DNA from: Nymphaea colorata
Taxonomy: Eukaryota
Length of the DNA stretch: 64,000 bases
Reading direction: 5' to 3'
Assembly: GCF_008831285.2 (NCBI RefSeq)
Contig: NC_045138.2
Location: 18,910,001 to 18,974,000, forward strand
Each line of letters begins with the position of its first letter. Positions within the stretch are counted from its first letter, which is position 1. Below the pieces are notes generated by a model that saw nothing but the letters and a program-made list of their open reading frames with translations, had not been told where the DNA came from and ran no database searches. Positions 24,446 through 36,209 of this stretch are shown here, piece by piece. Made by a program: the position numbers and the translations under genes.

Positions 24446-26290
24446 CTATATCTGCTCGAGAATCTGAGCTCGACATTTTTTCCGTGTGTGACCTGATTGA
24501 TTGCAATGCCCGCAACTCACTATCCGCTTTGCCCGAGTAAGGGTTTCTGCACGAACAAGCTTCTTTTTCGGGCGGCCAGGTGGCCGGCGGGTCTTGGGCG
24601 GACGAATGACTATATCAACGCTAGCACCACCATTCTTGCTCCCTTCTACCCTATCCTTCCAAAGGCTTTTATCTGGGATTGGGCTTATGGTCTGAGAGTA
24701 GGCCTCCCGATAGCTTGCGACTGAGAAGCAAGATTCTGCAAAGAGACGGGCATTTTGGCCGCAGGACAGAAGAGCAGCAGTAGCATGTGCACACGGCAGG
24801 CCAAAAAGCTGCCAGCGACGACAGGAACAGCAGCGGGTCCTTATATCCACAATATTTGTCCGCTCAGTGGAGACAATCTCAAACTCAACTTCGTTTGCAC
24901 GAAGAACTTGGTAACATCGAGAATCAGCAATGGCTTCCGACATGCGTTTTTCTGCAGATGGCACGAGTATGGCCGACCATGCTGCCCCTCTATCACGGCG
25001 TTCACTAAAACAATCCGTTAGTCGAGCCCGGAAAGACTCCATTACCTTGATTATTGGAAGGTGCTGCGAGTCACTAACCCATGTACTCAACAGTTGTGTG
25101 ATGCCTAAAGTAAGATGGCCATATCGCACTCCTTCAAAATAAGCCACAGCCCACAGATTAGGTGGATACCTGTTCACCCATTGGACAGCATCGCGTGAAA
25201 TCTCTTCCATCTCCCCCAATCTTGCTCCAAACTCCGCTGTTGTAAGTGAATAAGCAGCATTCCAGAACAGGTTAAGCAATTTTGTGTTCTTAAACTCATC
25301 ACAGAAATTCTCACTAAGATATCGCAAACAGAAACCATGGTATGCAGTTGGAAAATGTGTCTCGACTGCCTCTACAATTCCTTGTTGCCGATCAGATAAT
25401 ATTGTCAGTCTAGGCATGTTCTCTGTGTTGACTCCAAGAAGTTTCCTCAACTCTGATAGGAACCACATCCAGTTCTCATCTGTCTCAATATCAACAACGC
25501 CAAATGCCAGAGGGAAGACTGAGCCATCGCCATCTACAGCAGCAGCACATAAGAGGGTGCCCAAGTACTTGCTCTTTATATATGCTCTGTCTAGTTCCAA
25601 GAGAGGTCGGCAACCATGGATAAAACCATAAATAGATGCTCGATAAGATATAAAGAGGCGATGAAAGTGATTTTCTTGTCCTGTGGCAACAACAAGAGCT
25701 ATACTTCCTGGATTTGTTTTCCTAATTTGTTCACAGTATGCAGGAAGAAGGCGGAATCCTTCTTCATAAGATCCATGAACAGCAGCCATACTACGCTCCT
25801 TACCTCGCCAAGCTTGCATATATGATACAGCCACTCCATGTCGTTCACGTATTTCTTTTAGTATGTCATTGGGCTTGTAGCGTGGATCAGCTCTAAGCCA
25901 TGACTCAACAGACTTTGCAACCCAAGATACAGATGCCTGTTGATGGCGTGAATTACGAACTCCTTCACAGGTATGTTCTCCACGCAATGTCCTTATTGTA
26001 AATGTTTGACCACTGGAACACTTTGCAGCATGTACACGCCAAGGACATCCTTCTTTGGCACACTTGGCTATCACACGACATCTATCTGACTTCACCATTC
26101 GAAGATCAAAATGAAAAGCAATTGCAGTTTCTTTTAGCATCCGACGACACTCATCGACATCTGCAAACTCTTGCCCCACCGATAAAGTTTGCCCAAGGGA
26201 CACAGGATGATCCTCTCCCAAATTGTGCATAAGCAAGGCATCATCTTCAGTTAAAGGTTGTTCAACAGACACAAAAGACTGGTCTTCCAT
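24446..26290 (-). CDS. MUG4: MUSTANG-A family domesticated Mutator-like transposase (MUG4-like), intronless CDS, ~614 aa
   Basis: MuDR N-terminal domain (VGQEF..CAKEGCPWRVHA..HTC), MULE domain, SWIM finger (CSCRRWQLFGLPCAH) and C-terminal CxxC-H-C knuckle. First ATG is at 26290 (the track start at 26329 is GTG). Probable 5'-UTR intron ~26444-27991. No TIRs seen. Confidence 0.85.
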   Translation of the reverse strand: MEDQSFVSVEQPLTEDDALLMHNLGEDHPVSLGQTLSVGQEFADVDECRRMLKETAIAFHFDLRMVKSDRCRVIAKCAKEGCPWRVHAAKCSSGQTFTIRTLRGEHTCEGVRNSRHQQASVSWVAKSVESWLRADPRYKPNDILKEIRERHGVAVSYMQAWRGKERSMAAVHGSYEEGFRLLPAYCEQIRKTNPGSIALVVATGQENHFHRLFISYRASIYGFIHGCRPLLELDRAYIKSKYLGTLLCAAAVDGDGSVFPLAFGVVDIETDENWMWFLSELRKLLGVNTENMPRLTILSDRQQGIVEAVETHFPTAYHGFCLRYLSENFCDEFKNTKLLNLFWNAAYSLTTAEFGARLGEMEEISRDAVQWVNRYPPNLWAVAYFEGVRYGHLTLGITQLLSTWVSDSQHLPIIKVMESFRARLTDCFSERRDRGAAWSAILVPSAEKRMSEAIADSRCYQVLRANEVEFEIVSTERTNIVDIRTRCCSCRRWQLFGLPCAHATAALLSCGQNARLFAESCFSVASYREAYSQTISPIPDKSLWKDRVEGSKNGGASVDIVIRPPKTRRPPGRPKKKLVRAETLTRAKRIVSCGHCNQSGHTRKKCRAQILEQI

Positions 26291-28759
26291 CAAGGTATCA
26301 AGGGAAGTATAGTATACCACGACTTTCACAGCAATAGACAGCTTTTATTCCCAGAAATTCCCTAACATACGGAATTTGGTGCCCTCCGCTGGACGGTTAA
26401 GGATAAAAATCTTTTCAATCACATCTAACATCTCACCCAAAGCCTGAAAATACCACAGAAGAAAGCAGTTACTGACCATTTGCAATTTTAATGTGATACC
26501 TCAAAATCTGGTGCAGCTAGAATTATCAAGGAGCTTCCTCTTAGGTGAGGAAGCAAGACCAATGAATAATGAAGCTTTGAAAAGATTACTACCAGCCAAA
26601 GTAAACTCCAATTCACTACATGAATTGTGCACTCGAAAAATTGAAAGAATAAATATCCTTCAAAGTTACTTAGCTCAAAATTCGGCTTAACCCAACAACA
26701 AAAGTCAATTATAATAGATTATAGAAGGAGAAAAAATGTAGTCACGTAGAGAAAGGTAAACAGCTAGCCAACTATTGAAAGTTGAAATATTAAAACAGTT
26801 GGCAAGACATGTTTTTCAACAACAAATAACTCAAAAGTCAAACAACACTATGTGTAGCATAACAACCGAAGGAATAGAATGAAAAGGGGAAAAAAAGAAA
26901 CACTGGTTGAGACAGTAACGCCTACACAAGAAATATTAGCTGTTGATCAGCATTCAACAAGACAACAGAAGGCTAATAAGATTCGGGAAACGAAAAGACC
27001 TGTCCACTGAACTATGGAGTACTACGGTAGCATTTTCTCTCCGAAGACACTGTGGTTGCTTTCTCATCATTAGCGTTCTGATAAGATGGGAAAGTGCTCT
27101 AGTATGATGACTATTGTATAGCATGGGACTAGAGGAATTGACAGTATACATTTTGGATTTTACTGGTATATGATTAGAGACTACAGTACATATGAAAGCC
27201 ATAGCCTTTGCTATCATCAAATCGCCTCTAAGCATTCAACTGCTTCATGGTTCAATCTAAGGGGGGAGAAAAAAGATCGTGAGACTAAAAATTAATTCCA
27301 TATATCAGTAGGGCGATTGATCCTTAACCAGAACAATCTGAAGAATAAACTCCACTTATGAGAACCTCGCAGATAACTTCAGCCAAGCGAGAGCATGTTG
27401 GCACCAACTATATTTCGGGTAGAAACTTGCCGGCTACTGTTTGCAGCATAATGGGCCAATGATTGAGCACAATAACTTACCTAATTTGAATCTTCAGCTG
27501 GAAAATAAGCTCCGGTTAAGTATTGTCCCTTCTTCGCGTGCACATTTCCTAAATAATATTCAACAAGGGCGGAGGGCCCCTTCACCCACAGAAAGAAAGG
27601 TCGACACACTGTCGCATTTTGTGTGGGGCAGAAGTTTTTTTCTTAAAATGATAACATGCATCATACATTCTCCTATACCATTCAACTGAACGTAGTTAAA
27701 ATCCTAAAGCCGACGACACTATGAACCAAACCACTCATGACGGAGAACTCTGAACTGATAATTGCTAAAAAAAAGCAATGAAAGATCAAGCTCCGTCCAA
27801 TGCCAAAAATAAAGCAAACAAAAAGAAGACCAAATTGAAAAAATATCTCACAATTTCGAACCCTAAGAAAGCGGGAACCGAGGAAAAACCTTCCATGTAC
27901 GCACCAAGACGAAACCCTAACTAAAAGAGATCAAGCAAAACAAGCAAAAAGAAGGGGAGAAGACTGTGGATAATGGAGAGATTATGGTTACCTCAAATGA
28001 TGAATGCGAAGAACTCTCAGCCTGGACCGCCACGAAATCTGGAGAGAAAGAGAGAGATTAGAGTTCCTCCTCTTCCCCGCTTTTCTCGACAACCTCTGGT
28101 CTTAAAATTGGATATGGATTTTCCCGATTGGTTTGGACCTGAGTCTAATATCAGATTTCGAACTCAAACCATTTGGATAAGGGACTTTCTGATCTTAAGC
28201 AGTGTCGGGTCCGAACGCAGACTGTTCTTATTCCCAGTACCACACGACATTTTGATCGATACGCATGGCATGGCCCCTGTCAGTTACTTTTACTTTGTTT
28301 TATTTGGTCTAGTTCATGAGTAATTGATAAGATTTAATAACATACAAACTATTAATTTTCAGTTAAAATTGTTTCTGAGCGAATGGCTCCATGTTTTTAA
28401 AGCAAAGTCTGGTTCTGTCTTCAAATCTAAGTTTTTGGAGTGTTTGAGTGCCATCAAAACTCCGTTTGTTTAAAGAAAACCTAGTTTTGACAAAATCTGA
28501 TTTTATAAGAATGAATGGAAAACCTAATGTTTTCTAGCTTATTCAAAAAAGCCAGGTTTTCAAAAACTAAAATTCTAAAACTCATTAAAAAAACTTGATT
28601 TTATAAAACCTCGTTTTTAAAAAAACTGGGTTAGAGCTAGACGCCCCTTAAGCCTTTGAACTCAAAGTGACTAAGTCTCCCACTCAAGTGCTTTTTTCCA
28701 CTTTTAATAAACTAATAACAAAAGAAGAACTGTTGTCTAAACCAGCCACTGGTTCAGTT

Positions 28760-29330
28760 CAATGTCACCTGGGTGCGTTTCCCAGGAGCTCGCACCCGCA
28801 CCGGGTGCGGGTGCGGTGCGGGTGCGCTCCAGGTGCGCACCCAAACCGCACCCGATGATGAGGCGCACCCAAACCGCACCCAGGGGAGTTGGATCAAGTT
28901 CCGAGTCGAATCCAAATCCAAACCAAGTTTATTGCTGGATATGATTTTGGGATGAAATCAGATTAAAAATCCACAAAATCAAATCCCCATCGACCGTTGC
29001 ATCTAATTTAATACATCTATAGATATATTATATGTTCTCTTTTCTCTTTCAAAAAAACCATACAGGACTAAAGAATGGTGGCTTTCATAAAACGATCTGT
29101 TTGCCTTTTTTTCAAACATTTCTTTTTTGATTTTTTCCCACTATCATAAAAATGTATAATTTTAATTGTGTTATTCAATTTCTACGAAAAATTAATAATA
29201 ATAATAATAATATTAATATTAATAAAATATCTTCACCGCACCACCGCACCTAATTTTTTTGAGATGTGCCGCACCGGCACCCGCACCGGCACCGACACCG
29301 GCACCCGCACCCGGCATTCAGGTGACATAG
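28760..29330. mobile_element. Intact non-autonomous hAT element (MITE), 571 bp
   Basis: TIRs CAATGTCACCTG / CAGGTGACATAG. Perfect 8-bp TSD GTTCAGTT at 28752-28759 and 29331-29338. Subterminal GCACC/GGTGC repeats. Confidence 0.93.
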
Positions 29331-30858
29331 GTTCAGTTGGATTCTACTTGAATGCCGGTTTCTTAGTCAGATCTGGATCCACCTACGAATACCAAGGTAT
29401 CCAATTTGGATCAAGATCCGTTTTGACTATGAAATTGGATTTTAGATTCGGATATAACTTTTTTCTTTGTTTATATTCAAACACAAATTCAAATATAAAT
29501 ATGTGAACTTAAAAGTATATGCAGTTAGAATTCAATCTATTGACAACCCTTTTGGCAACTGCCTTAACGGGGAAAACATGCAGAACAAATGAACTTCCAT
29601 TCCATTGACTGTCTGATTGCTTACAAGTCCTTTCATGTGAAGCTCCTCAAATACACTTAAACAAAGGTTTTTCATTTAAGAGGCTAACCTTTTGACTATA
29701 CAACCCCAAATAGGCCATACATTTGTGGCTGTTAAGTCAATGGCAGGGCTAGGATTTTTTGGTTGAGAAATTGACGCCGAATGTCGTATGAATATCTCAT
29801 GTGACACCATCTAGGCCGCCTAACTTGGTTACAAGGTAACTTTTGATGCACTAGCCCACAAGTAGTTCTGCTGCTGCTAGGGGTAAGCTCAGAAAAAAAA
29901 AAATTATATGTAAAAAATCAAATTTTTTTAGTTTGGCCCGACCTACAGATGGTTTGGCCCGCCCCTGAAAAAAATCCTGGCTCTGTCCATGACTGCTGTT
30001 GTTAGTATAGTTAATCCTTATCTTAGTTTCCAATCACTAGCGAACTCTTTGACATTAAGAACAACATGTAAACGTTTTGTGAATGCACCTCAAAATTAAA
30101 TTAGATTTATGAAACATTTGTTCAGATATCTAATGATCTTTTCTCAATTTTGAATTTATGAAACACTCTTACTTTATTCGTACTACTAAACAACCCCTAA
30201 AGAAACGCCTTAAAATTATTCATGTTAAAACATGCACTTGAATATTTTTGTTTTTAACTACATCTAAATGACATAAACAATACTAAGGTCCAAAAAACCT
30301 GGACGGAGCCGGGGTACCATTTCCCGTAGTTGATTTTCTTAGCGTTTATGTGGTTCAGGAAAGGCGGCCGGACTTGCCCTACCGGTCCTCATGCCTTGAC
30401 GCCCACGGCGATTCACCTTGTCGCGTCCTCGTCGTCATCTTTGCCCAGACCCGTCGGTCCAACCGTAGGCGAATCTCATTCCAGGTTCCTTCAAGGCCAA
30501 GGTATTGCAACTGACAAAACTGCCCCTCAATGTGACCACTTGTTGCAAAATAACCAAATTCAAAGTTCAACGCAATGGTGTGAAAAGTGTAAGGCCGTCT
30601 GATTGGTGTCGTGACTAAACTGGGCGGGAGGAATTCAGGAATTATATATACATATAAAGAGAGAGACTTGGCTTCCACGAAAAAAATTAGATAAACACGA
30701 CATAAAAGATCGATGTCATATTTAGTAGCTATGTTTCAATAATCATGACCATGAAAATAGGGGCGATCTTATAGTTTAGTCAGATTATATGGATTCTCTT
30801 GTTCTCTGCAGCTCTATAAAATTACCGTTCCTCTTTGCGTGTCTTACACACTACGCAA

Positions 30859-31377
30859 ATGGGGGAGTCGAAGAGGGAAGCGGGAATGATCAGCCTGAGG
30901 CCGTTTGAGGAGAGCGACCTGGACGACCTGATGGTATGGAGCAGCGACGATCGAGTGACCCGGTGGTGCGGTTGGGACTCCTTCACTTCCAAGGAGGAAG
31001 GCCGGAGATGCCTCGATCACATGATCGCCCACCCTTGGAACAGGGCCGTCTGCCTCGACGGCCGCCCCATCGGCTTCGTCACCGCCAGGCTCGAGCACCG
31101 CGGCAGGGCGGAGCTTGGCTATGTCTTAGCCTATGATCACTGGGGCAAAGGGTTCGCCACACAAGCAGTGAAGATGGCCGTCCCCTTGATTTTCCACGAG
31201 TTTCCGGACAGGGAAAGGATCGATGCTCTGGTCGACGTCGAGAATATTGGGTCGCTCAAGGTCCTGGAGAAGGCGGGGTTCGTTAAAGAGGGTCTGCTCC
31301 GGAAGTATGTCTGCCATAAGGGGAAGATGACGGATATGTTCATTTTCAGTATCCTCGCCTCCGAGTATAATCTTTAA
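30859..31377 (+). CDS. RimJ/RimL-type GNAT N-acetyltransferase (Acetyltransf_3-like), copy 1, subtype A, 172 aa
   Basis: ISLRPF..D, ELGYVL..WGKGFAT, N.GS.KVLEKAGF.KEG.LRKY motifs. TATAAAA at 30815. First ATG at 30859. Confidence 0.92.
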   Translation: MGESKREAGMISLRPFEESDLDDLMVWSSDDRVTRWCGWDSFTSKEEGRRCLDHMIAHPWNRAVCLDGRPIGFVTARLEHRGRAELGYVLAYDHWGKGFATQAVKMAVPLIFHEFPDRERIDALVDVENIGSLKVLEKAGFVKEGLLRKYVCHKGKMTDMFIFSILASEYNL

Positions 31378-32230
31378 TTTCTATGCGCCGGATTTCATCG
31401 GAAGAACTCCGAATGAGCTTCTCATGCCATTAGACGAATTGCATATGATCACGGATCATGGTGCACTTTGGGGTGACTAGGCCTCTTCGTAATTCCAACT
31501 ACGAATGAAATATGTAATTTTTAGTTGATATATACATGTCAAAATTGAGCCTGAAATATATCATTCTCAGTTGATACATATTTGTCAAAATTGGGCCTTC
31601 TTGGTTACAATAAACTTGGGCTGAGTCCTAGACGTTCTTGCTCCAGTTCAATGTTGGCTTGTGCTTAAGAAAGCTTAAGCACGCGCACACACACACATAA
31701 TACATGAAGTAGAAACCAAAAATCTGTTTTGGAAAAACCAAAGGGACATTCGATCGAGCCTACCTAGGTCCAGCTCTACTCGTTTAACTAGATCAATTCA
31801 CTTATAAGCTCGACTTCAACTCATTTAATACACAAATTGAGCTCCCAATGAGATTATATGAGCCGAATCTAGAGTTACTAAACCCATTTACAGCCCTAGG
31901 CCTACTCAGACAATTATGGGCATTTTCTACTAAATATTATTCAAAAATCTAATTTAAAACATTCATAAAATATGAAAAATTAACACATGGCACTCTTGAA
32001 TCCGGCATCAAATTATTCCGATACGATTCGAATAAATCCAATTCCATTGATTTGCTCACATATATGGCTCTTTTGTATCGGTCTGTAGTGCATTATTCTT
32101 TTTATTTGATATATAATATAATTATATATCGAAAATAAAATGTACGCATAATCATACAAGATTTTAAGAGCAGCACCAAAATCCAAAACAAGCAGAGGCG
32201 TGGATATTGGATCGGCACTATAAGAATACG

Positions 32231-32671
32231 ATGTTCGAGCGTGCAGACCTATCGGATGTCATGGCATGGCTCACCGACGATCGCGTAGCTAAATGGTGCT
32301 GGTGGGATGCGCTTCGGGGCAGAAATGAAGTTCGATCGTTCATGGAGATCTCCCTTAGCTCCTGTTGGTCCAGGGCCATCTGCCTCGACGGCCAGCCCAT
32401 CGGCCAAGTGACTTTCAAGGAAGGCGCAGGCATCCAGAGGTTGGCTACGCATTAGCCTATGACTACTGGGGTAAAGGCATCGCCACACAAGCCCTGAGGA
32501 TGGCCGTCTCTGCCATCTTCCGGGAGATAAAAGGATTGACGCCTTTACAACTAACACCAATTTTGAAACGCAGAAAAGGCTGGGTTCATGAAAGAAGGCC
32601 TGCTGAGGAAGTATCGGGTTAAGGAAGGAGAGATTCTGGATAAGTTTATCTATAGTATTCTCGCTTCTTAA
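32231..32671 (+). pseudogene. GNAT pseudogene, copy 2, subtype A
   Basis: Aligns to the 35694 copy (DLSDVMAW..DDRVA, GYALAYDYWGKGIAT, KAGF.KEGLLRKYR, YSILAS*), but the N-terminus is missing and there are frameshifting deletions near 32437 and 32530-32580. Confidence 0.9.
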
Positions 32672-32782
32672 ACCCCATATATATGCTAGCTTGGTGTGTA
32701 TTCTCGCTTCTTAAACCCCATATATATGCTAGCTTGGTGTGTATTCTCGCTTCTTAAACCCCATATATATGCTAGCTTGGTG
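32655..32782. repeat. Perfect 43-bp tandem repeat (x3) spanning the pseudogene stop codon
   Basis: GTATTCTCGCTTCTTAAACCCCATATATATGCTAGCTTGGTG at 32655, 32698 and 32741. Confidence 0.95.
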
Positions 32783-33240
32783 AGATATAAATGTATCAGA
32801 CTGCTGTACAACTTGTGTGAGATCATCTAGCAAGCTCCGTTACTGTGTTATGTCTTTTTATTAAGCATTGTTGTCCAACCTGATGTAAGATAAATAGTGG
32901 TGCACGATTTTTCGTGCAAAATTATGGTTAATGGCTAAAATATCTTTGGTTTACACTGAAAAAAAAAAAACTTTTTGTAAAGACAAAATTGAAAATGGAA
33001 AAAAGTAAAAAAAGACTATGAAAGGCATTTATTTTTAATCAATTACCAAAATATTCTTCCTTCCTTTACTATGCACGGTGAGCCCACAACACATATGACA
33101 TAACTTTCTCTCTTAAGATGCACCTCGTCAAGCTTCGTGACCTTTCTTTCTTTTACAAGAAATGCAAGTTTCAAGCTAGCTTATCATATATCATCAATTT
33201 AGCATTCAAAAGTAGCCTCTATCAAAACAACCTTGTCGCC

Positions 33241-33243
<3 letters not shown>

Positions 33244-33290
<47 letters not shown>
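33244..33290. repeat. (TA)n microsatellite
   Basis: Uninterrupted TA run. Confidence 0.95.
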
Positions 33291-33294
<4 letters not shown>

Positions 33295-35693
33295 TGGTGA
33301 CCCTGACTGTATAGAGTCACCCAACCCACTTGAAAAGAAGAAGTGTAAAGTAATACTATACGATCAAAATGGTCATCACTTTTTCCTTTCAAGTATGCAT
33401 CATGAAGGATTGAACATCTAGTTGATATCTTGATTTGGATCTTCATTCAAAACCAAATAATATCTAAAAACATGTCAAATATCGACAAAAAATGTACACA
33501 ACAAAATACAACTGGATCCAAATGAACACTGGGCCGATCCACGCACAACTCGCTTCCACCTCAGGTCACATCCTCATCCCGGTCCAAGCTCGTTGCCTTT
33601 CTCATGTTTTAAACAAATCCTGTAAAAACAAATGAATACACTCTGAAGTGGCTATGGTATATTAGTTTTCATTTACTTGCAACCATTTGCATTCACGTTC
33701 CATATAAATCATAATCTCAGCCGGTACAATTATTCAATATGGATTTTAGCCCCACCCGTACCATTATTTACATGGATCGGTTTGATCCCGTACCACGCAA
33801 AGTTAGTACGAGATGACAAGAGTTCAGTACTTAGATTTGTTTGTTTTGGTTATGGCTGGGGATGTCAAGAGACCAATTTAGATAGGATCCAAACCAGTAA
33901 AAAACTTGTACTGGTGCCACGAATTTGGTGTGGCACAATAGTGGTGCTAATGATCCAAACTGCATACATTTGTGTTCGCAAAAGAAAACCCCAGTTTTAT
34001 GTGGGGCAACCTAAATTTTCAAAATATTACAAGTAGTATTCTTTTATTTTTCAAAGTTTTTTTTTTCTTATTATGGGGTGAGGGGTGGGGGTGCCGGAAG
34101 CACATTCCGGTGCATCGCTGGAGGTATGGGAGCACAAGTACTTTTGCACCAAGCATTTCCATCAACCATTGAATTTTATTTCCCAAAAATGCAAGTCTAA
34201 ATGATGTAATAATTTCTTCAATTAAAACTAGGAATGTTACTTTCTCTCCTTCTTTCTCTTTCTCTTTTGTATTTAGGGATTTCTTGTCCTCAAATTTTGT
34301 TATATATTTTCATTTTATCGGCTCTTTCTCGCTCTACAAGTTGCGTAACTTAACCAAATAATGGCATAGAGTAAAAGACTTTAGAGTTGAAAGTACCGAG
34401 TTAAAATGCACCTTTAAATCTGTGAGGCAACGTGTTGGACAACACCAAGTGATGTGAAAGCTACAACAACGAGGACATTTGATTGGAGCCTGTACTCTTG
34501 TTTCACTCTAAAGGGTAACCGTTGGGTGGTTTTCATGTAACTAATGAAAAATAAACACCATGGGATGTGAACACATTTAAAATTAAATCTAATCCAAGTC
34601 GGACTCCAATTAAATATTTACGTAAATCCAAATATGATGAGATACAATTTCTTAAATTTAAATCCGATCTGATTTTTGTTCCATGTTCGACTTCTTTTAA
34701 ATGGCTTAACTGGATATTGATTCAAATATACGATTTATTGACATCTTTAACCAAAAAAAAAAACCCAACACATTTATGAAGGGACATTTTGAGAGAATTA
34801 AGGACAATGTGTTCTTGGTGCACAAAGAACATGCACTTATTATTTCAAGAAACTTGTTATTTCAAGAAACTTGGTGTAACCTTAGATATTGTCTCCAATT
34901 CTAACAGTTAAGTGCTCGAGGTGATCAGATTATGGTTTTTAGAGCAAGAATATGAAACCTGTTTTTTAATATGCATTCCACGAACATTTATTGTACCAAC
35001 AAAAAGTTTTACTGATCATCAAACACGTCCACTCTTTCATAAACATGCATTAAGTAACCTTGAAATACTGGTGGACTATTTTATTAAACATACAAGACAA
35101 AGAGAGGTTAAAAACTCAATTCATGTTTTGAAAATTTTCGTTTACTTACTATTTAAACTTGTAGGGGAGCCTTTACTGTTGAGTTCTAAGGCCATCAATT
35201 TAGACTGCATAAAACACATATAGGATGAAATTAAACAGAGGGAGAGGGGAGGATTCAAGCCAACTAATTTGCCTCTCAGAGAGAGATTTATTGCCCATAA
35301 GAAACGAATTGATGACAAATTTTATACCAAGCAACTAACAAAAAGGCCAAAAACTAAAGAAAAATAACTTGATCAAAAAAGCAGAAAGAGGAAGAAAGCA
35401 CTTGAAGACACATAAAGGCAAAGGCGATACACAGAGAACGAAAAAGGACGACAAGTTGGAGAAGGTAGAAAAAGGAAGATGGGGAGAGAGAGGATAACTG
35501 GGTAAAATATAATGTCGGTGAAGAATTACCTTGAAACTGTCTAAATTTAAAGATGAAAATGAATAAAACTGGAAAAGTGCTTTTCTGAGAATTCCCCAAA
35601 GGTGAGGATCATTATGAAAAAATATCAACCATTAAATCGGGATGCTTGACGTTGATTGCCTGACTCGTTGAGCTCTCTCAGTCTCCCTCTCAA

Positions 35694-36209
35694 ATGGAGG
35701 AGAAGAAGAAGGAAGTCTGCATTACACTTCGGCCGTTCGAGCTTACAGACCTCTCGGACGTCATGGCATGGGTCGCCGACGATCGCGTAGCTCAATGGTG
35801 CCGGTTGGATGCTTTTCACAGCAGAGAGGACGCTCAGTCGTTCCTCGAGAGCTCCCTGATCGCTCACCCATGGGCTAGGCCCATCTGCCTCAGCGGCCGC
35901 CCCATCGGCCAAATGACTTTCAAGCAGGGATCTGACATCGAGCGTTGCCGGGGAGAGATCGGGTATGCATTAGCCTATGAGCACTGGGGCAAAGGCATCG
36001 CTACGGAAGCCCTCAAGATGGCCGTCAATGCGATCTTCTGCGGGTTCCCAGAGATTCAAAGGATCGACGCTGTCGTCATCGATTGGAACGTGGGATCACA
36101 GAAGGTCCTGGAAAAGGCTGGGTTTGTTAAGGAGGGGCTGCTGAGGAAGTATCGTCTTAAGAAGGGGGAGACTTTAGATATGTTTGTTTATAGTATTCTC
36201 GCTTCATGA
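35694..36209 (+). CDS. RimJ/RimL-type GNAT, copy 3, subtype A, 171 aa
   Basis: ITLRPF, EIGYALAYEHWGKGIAT and NVGSQKVLEKAGFVKEGLLRKY motifs; intact ORF. Confidence 0.93.
   Translation: MEEKKKEVCITLRPFELTDLSDVMAWVADDRVAQWCRLDAFHSREDAQSFLESSLIAHPWARPICLSGRPIGQMTFKQGSDIERCRGEIGYALAYEHWGKGIATEALKMAVNAIFCGFPEIQRIDAVVIDWNVGSQKVLEKAGFVKEGLLRKYRLKKGETLDMFVYSILAS

Noticed and set aside
24446..26329. Active Mutator element
   Set aside because: No TIRs or TSD were seen, the catalytic motifs are degenerate, and the sequence resembles MUSTANG host genes.
33118..33446. ORFs containing YIYIYI runs
   Set aside because: Translations of the (TA)n microsatellite.
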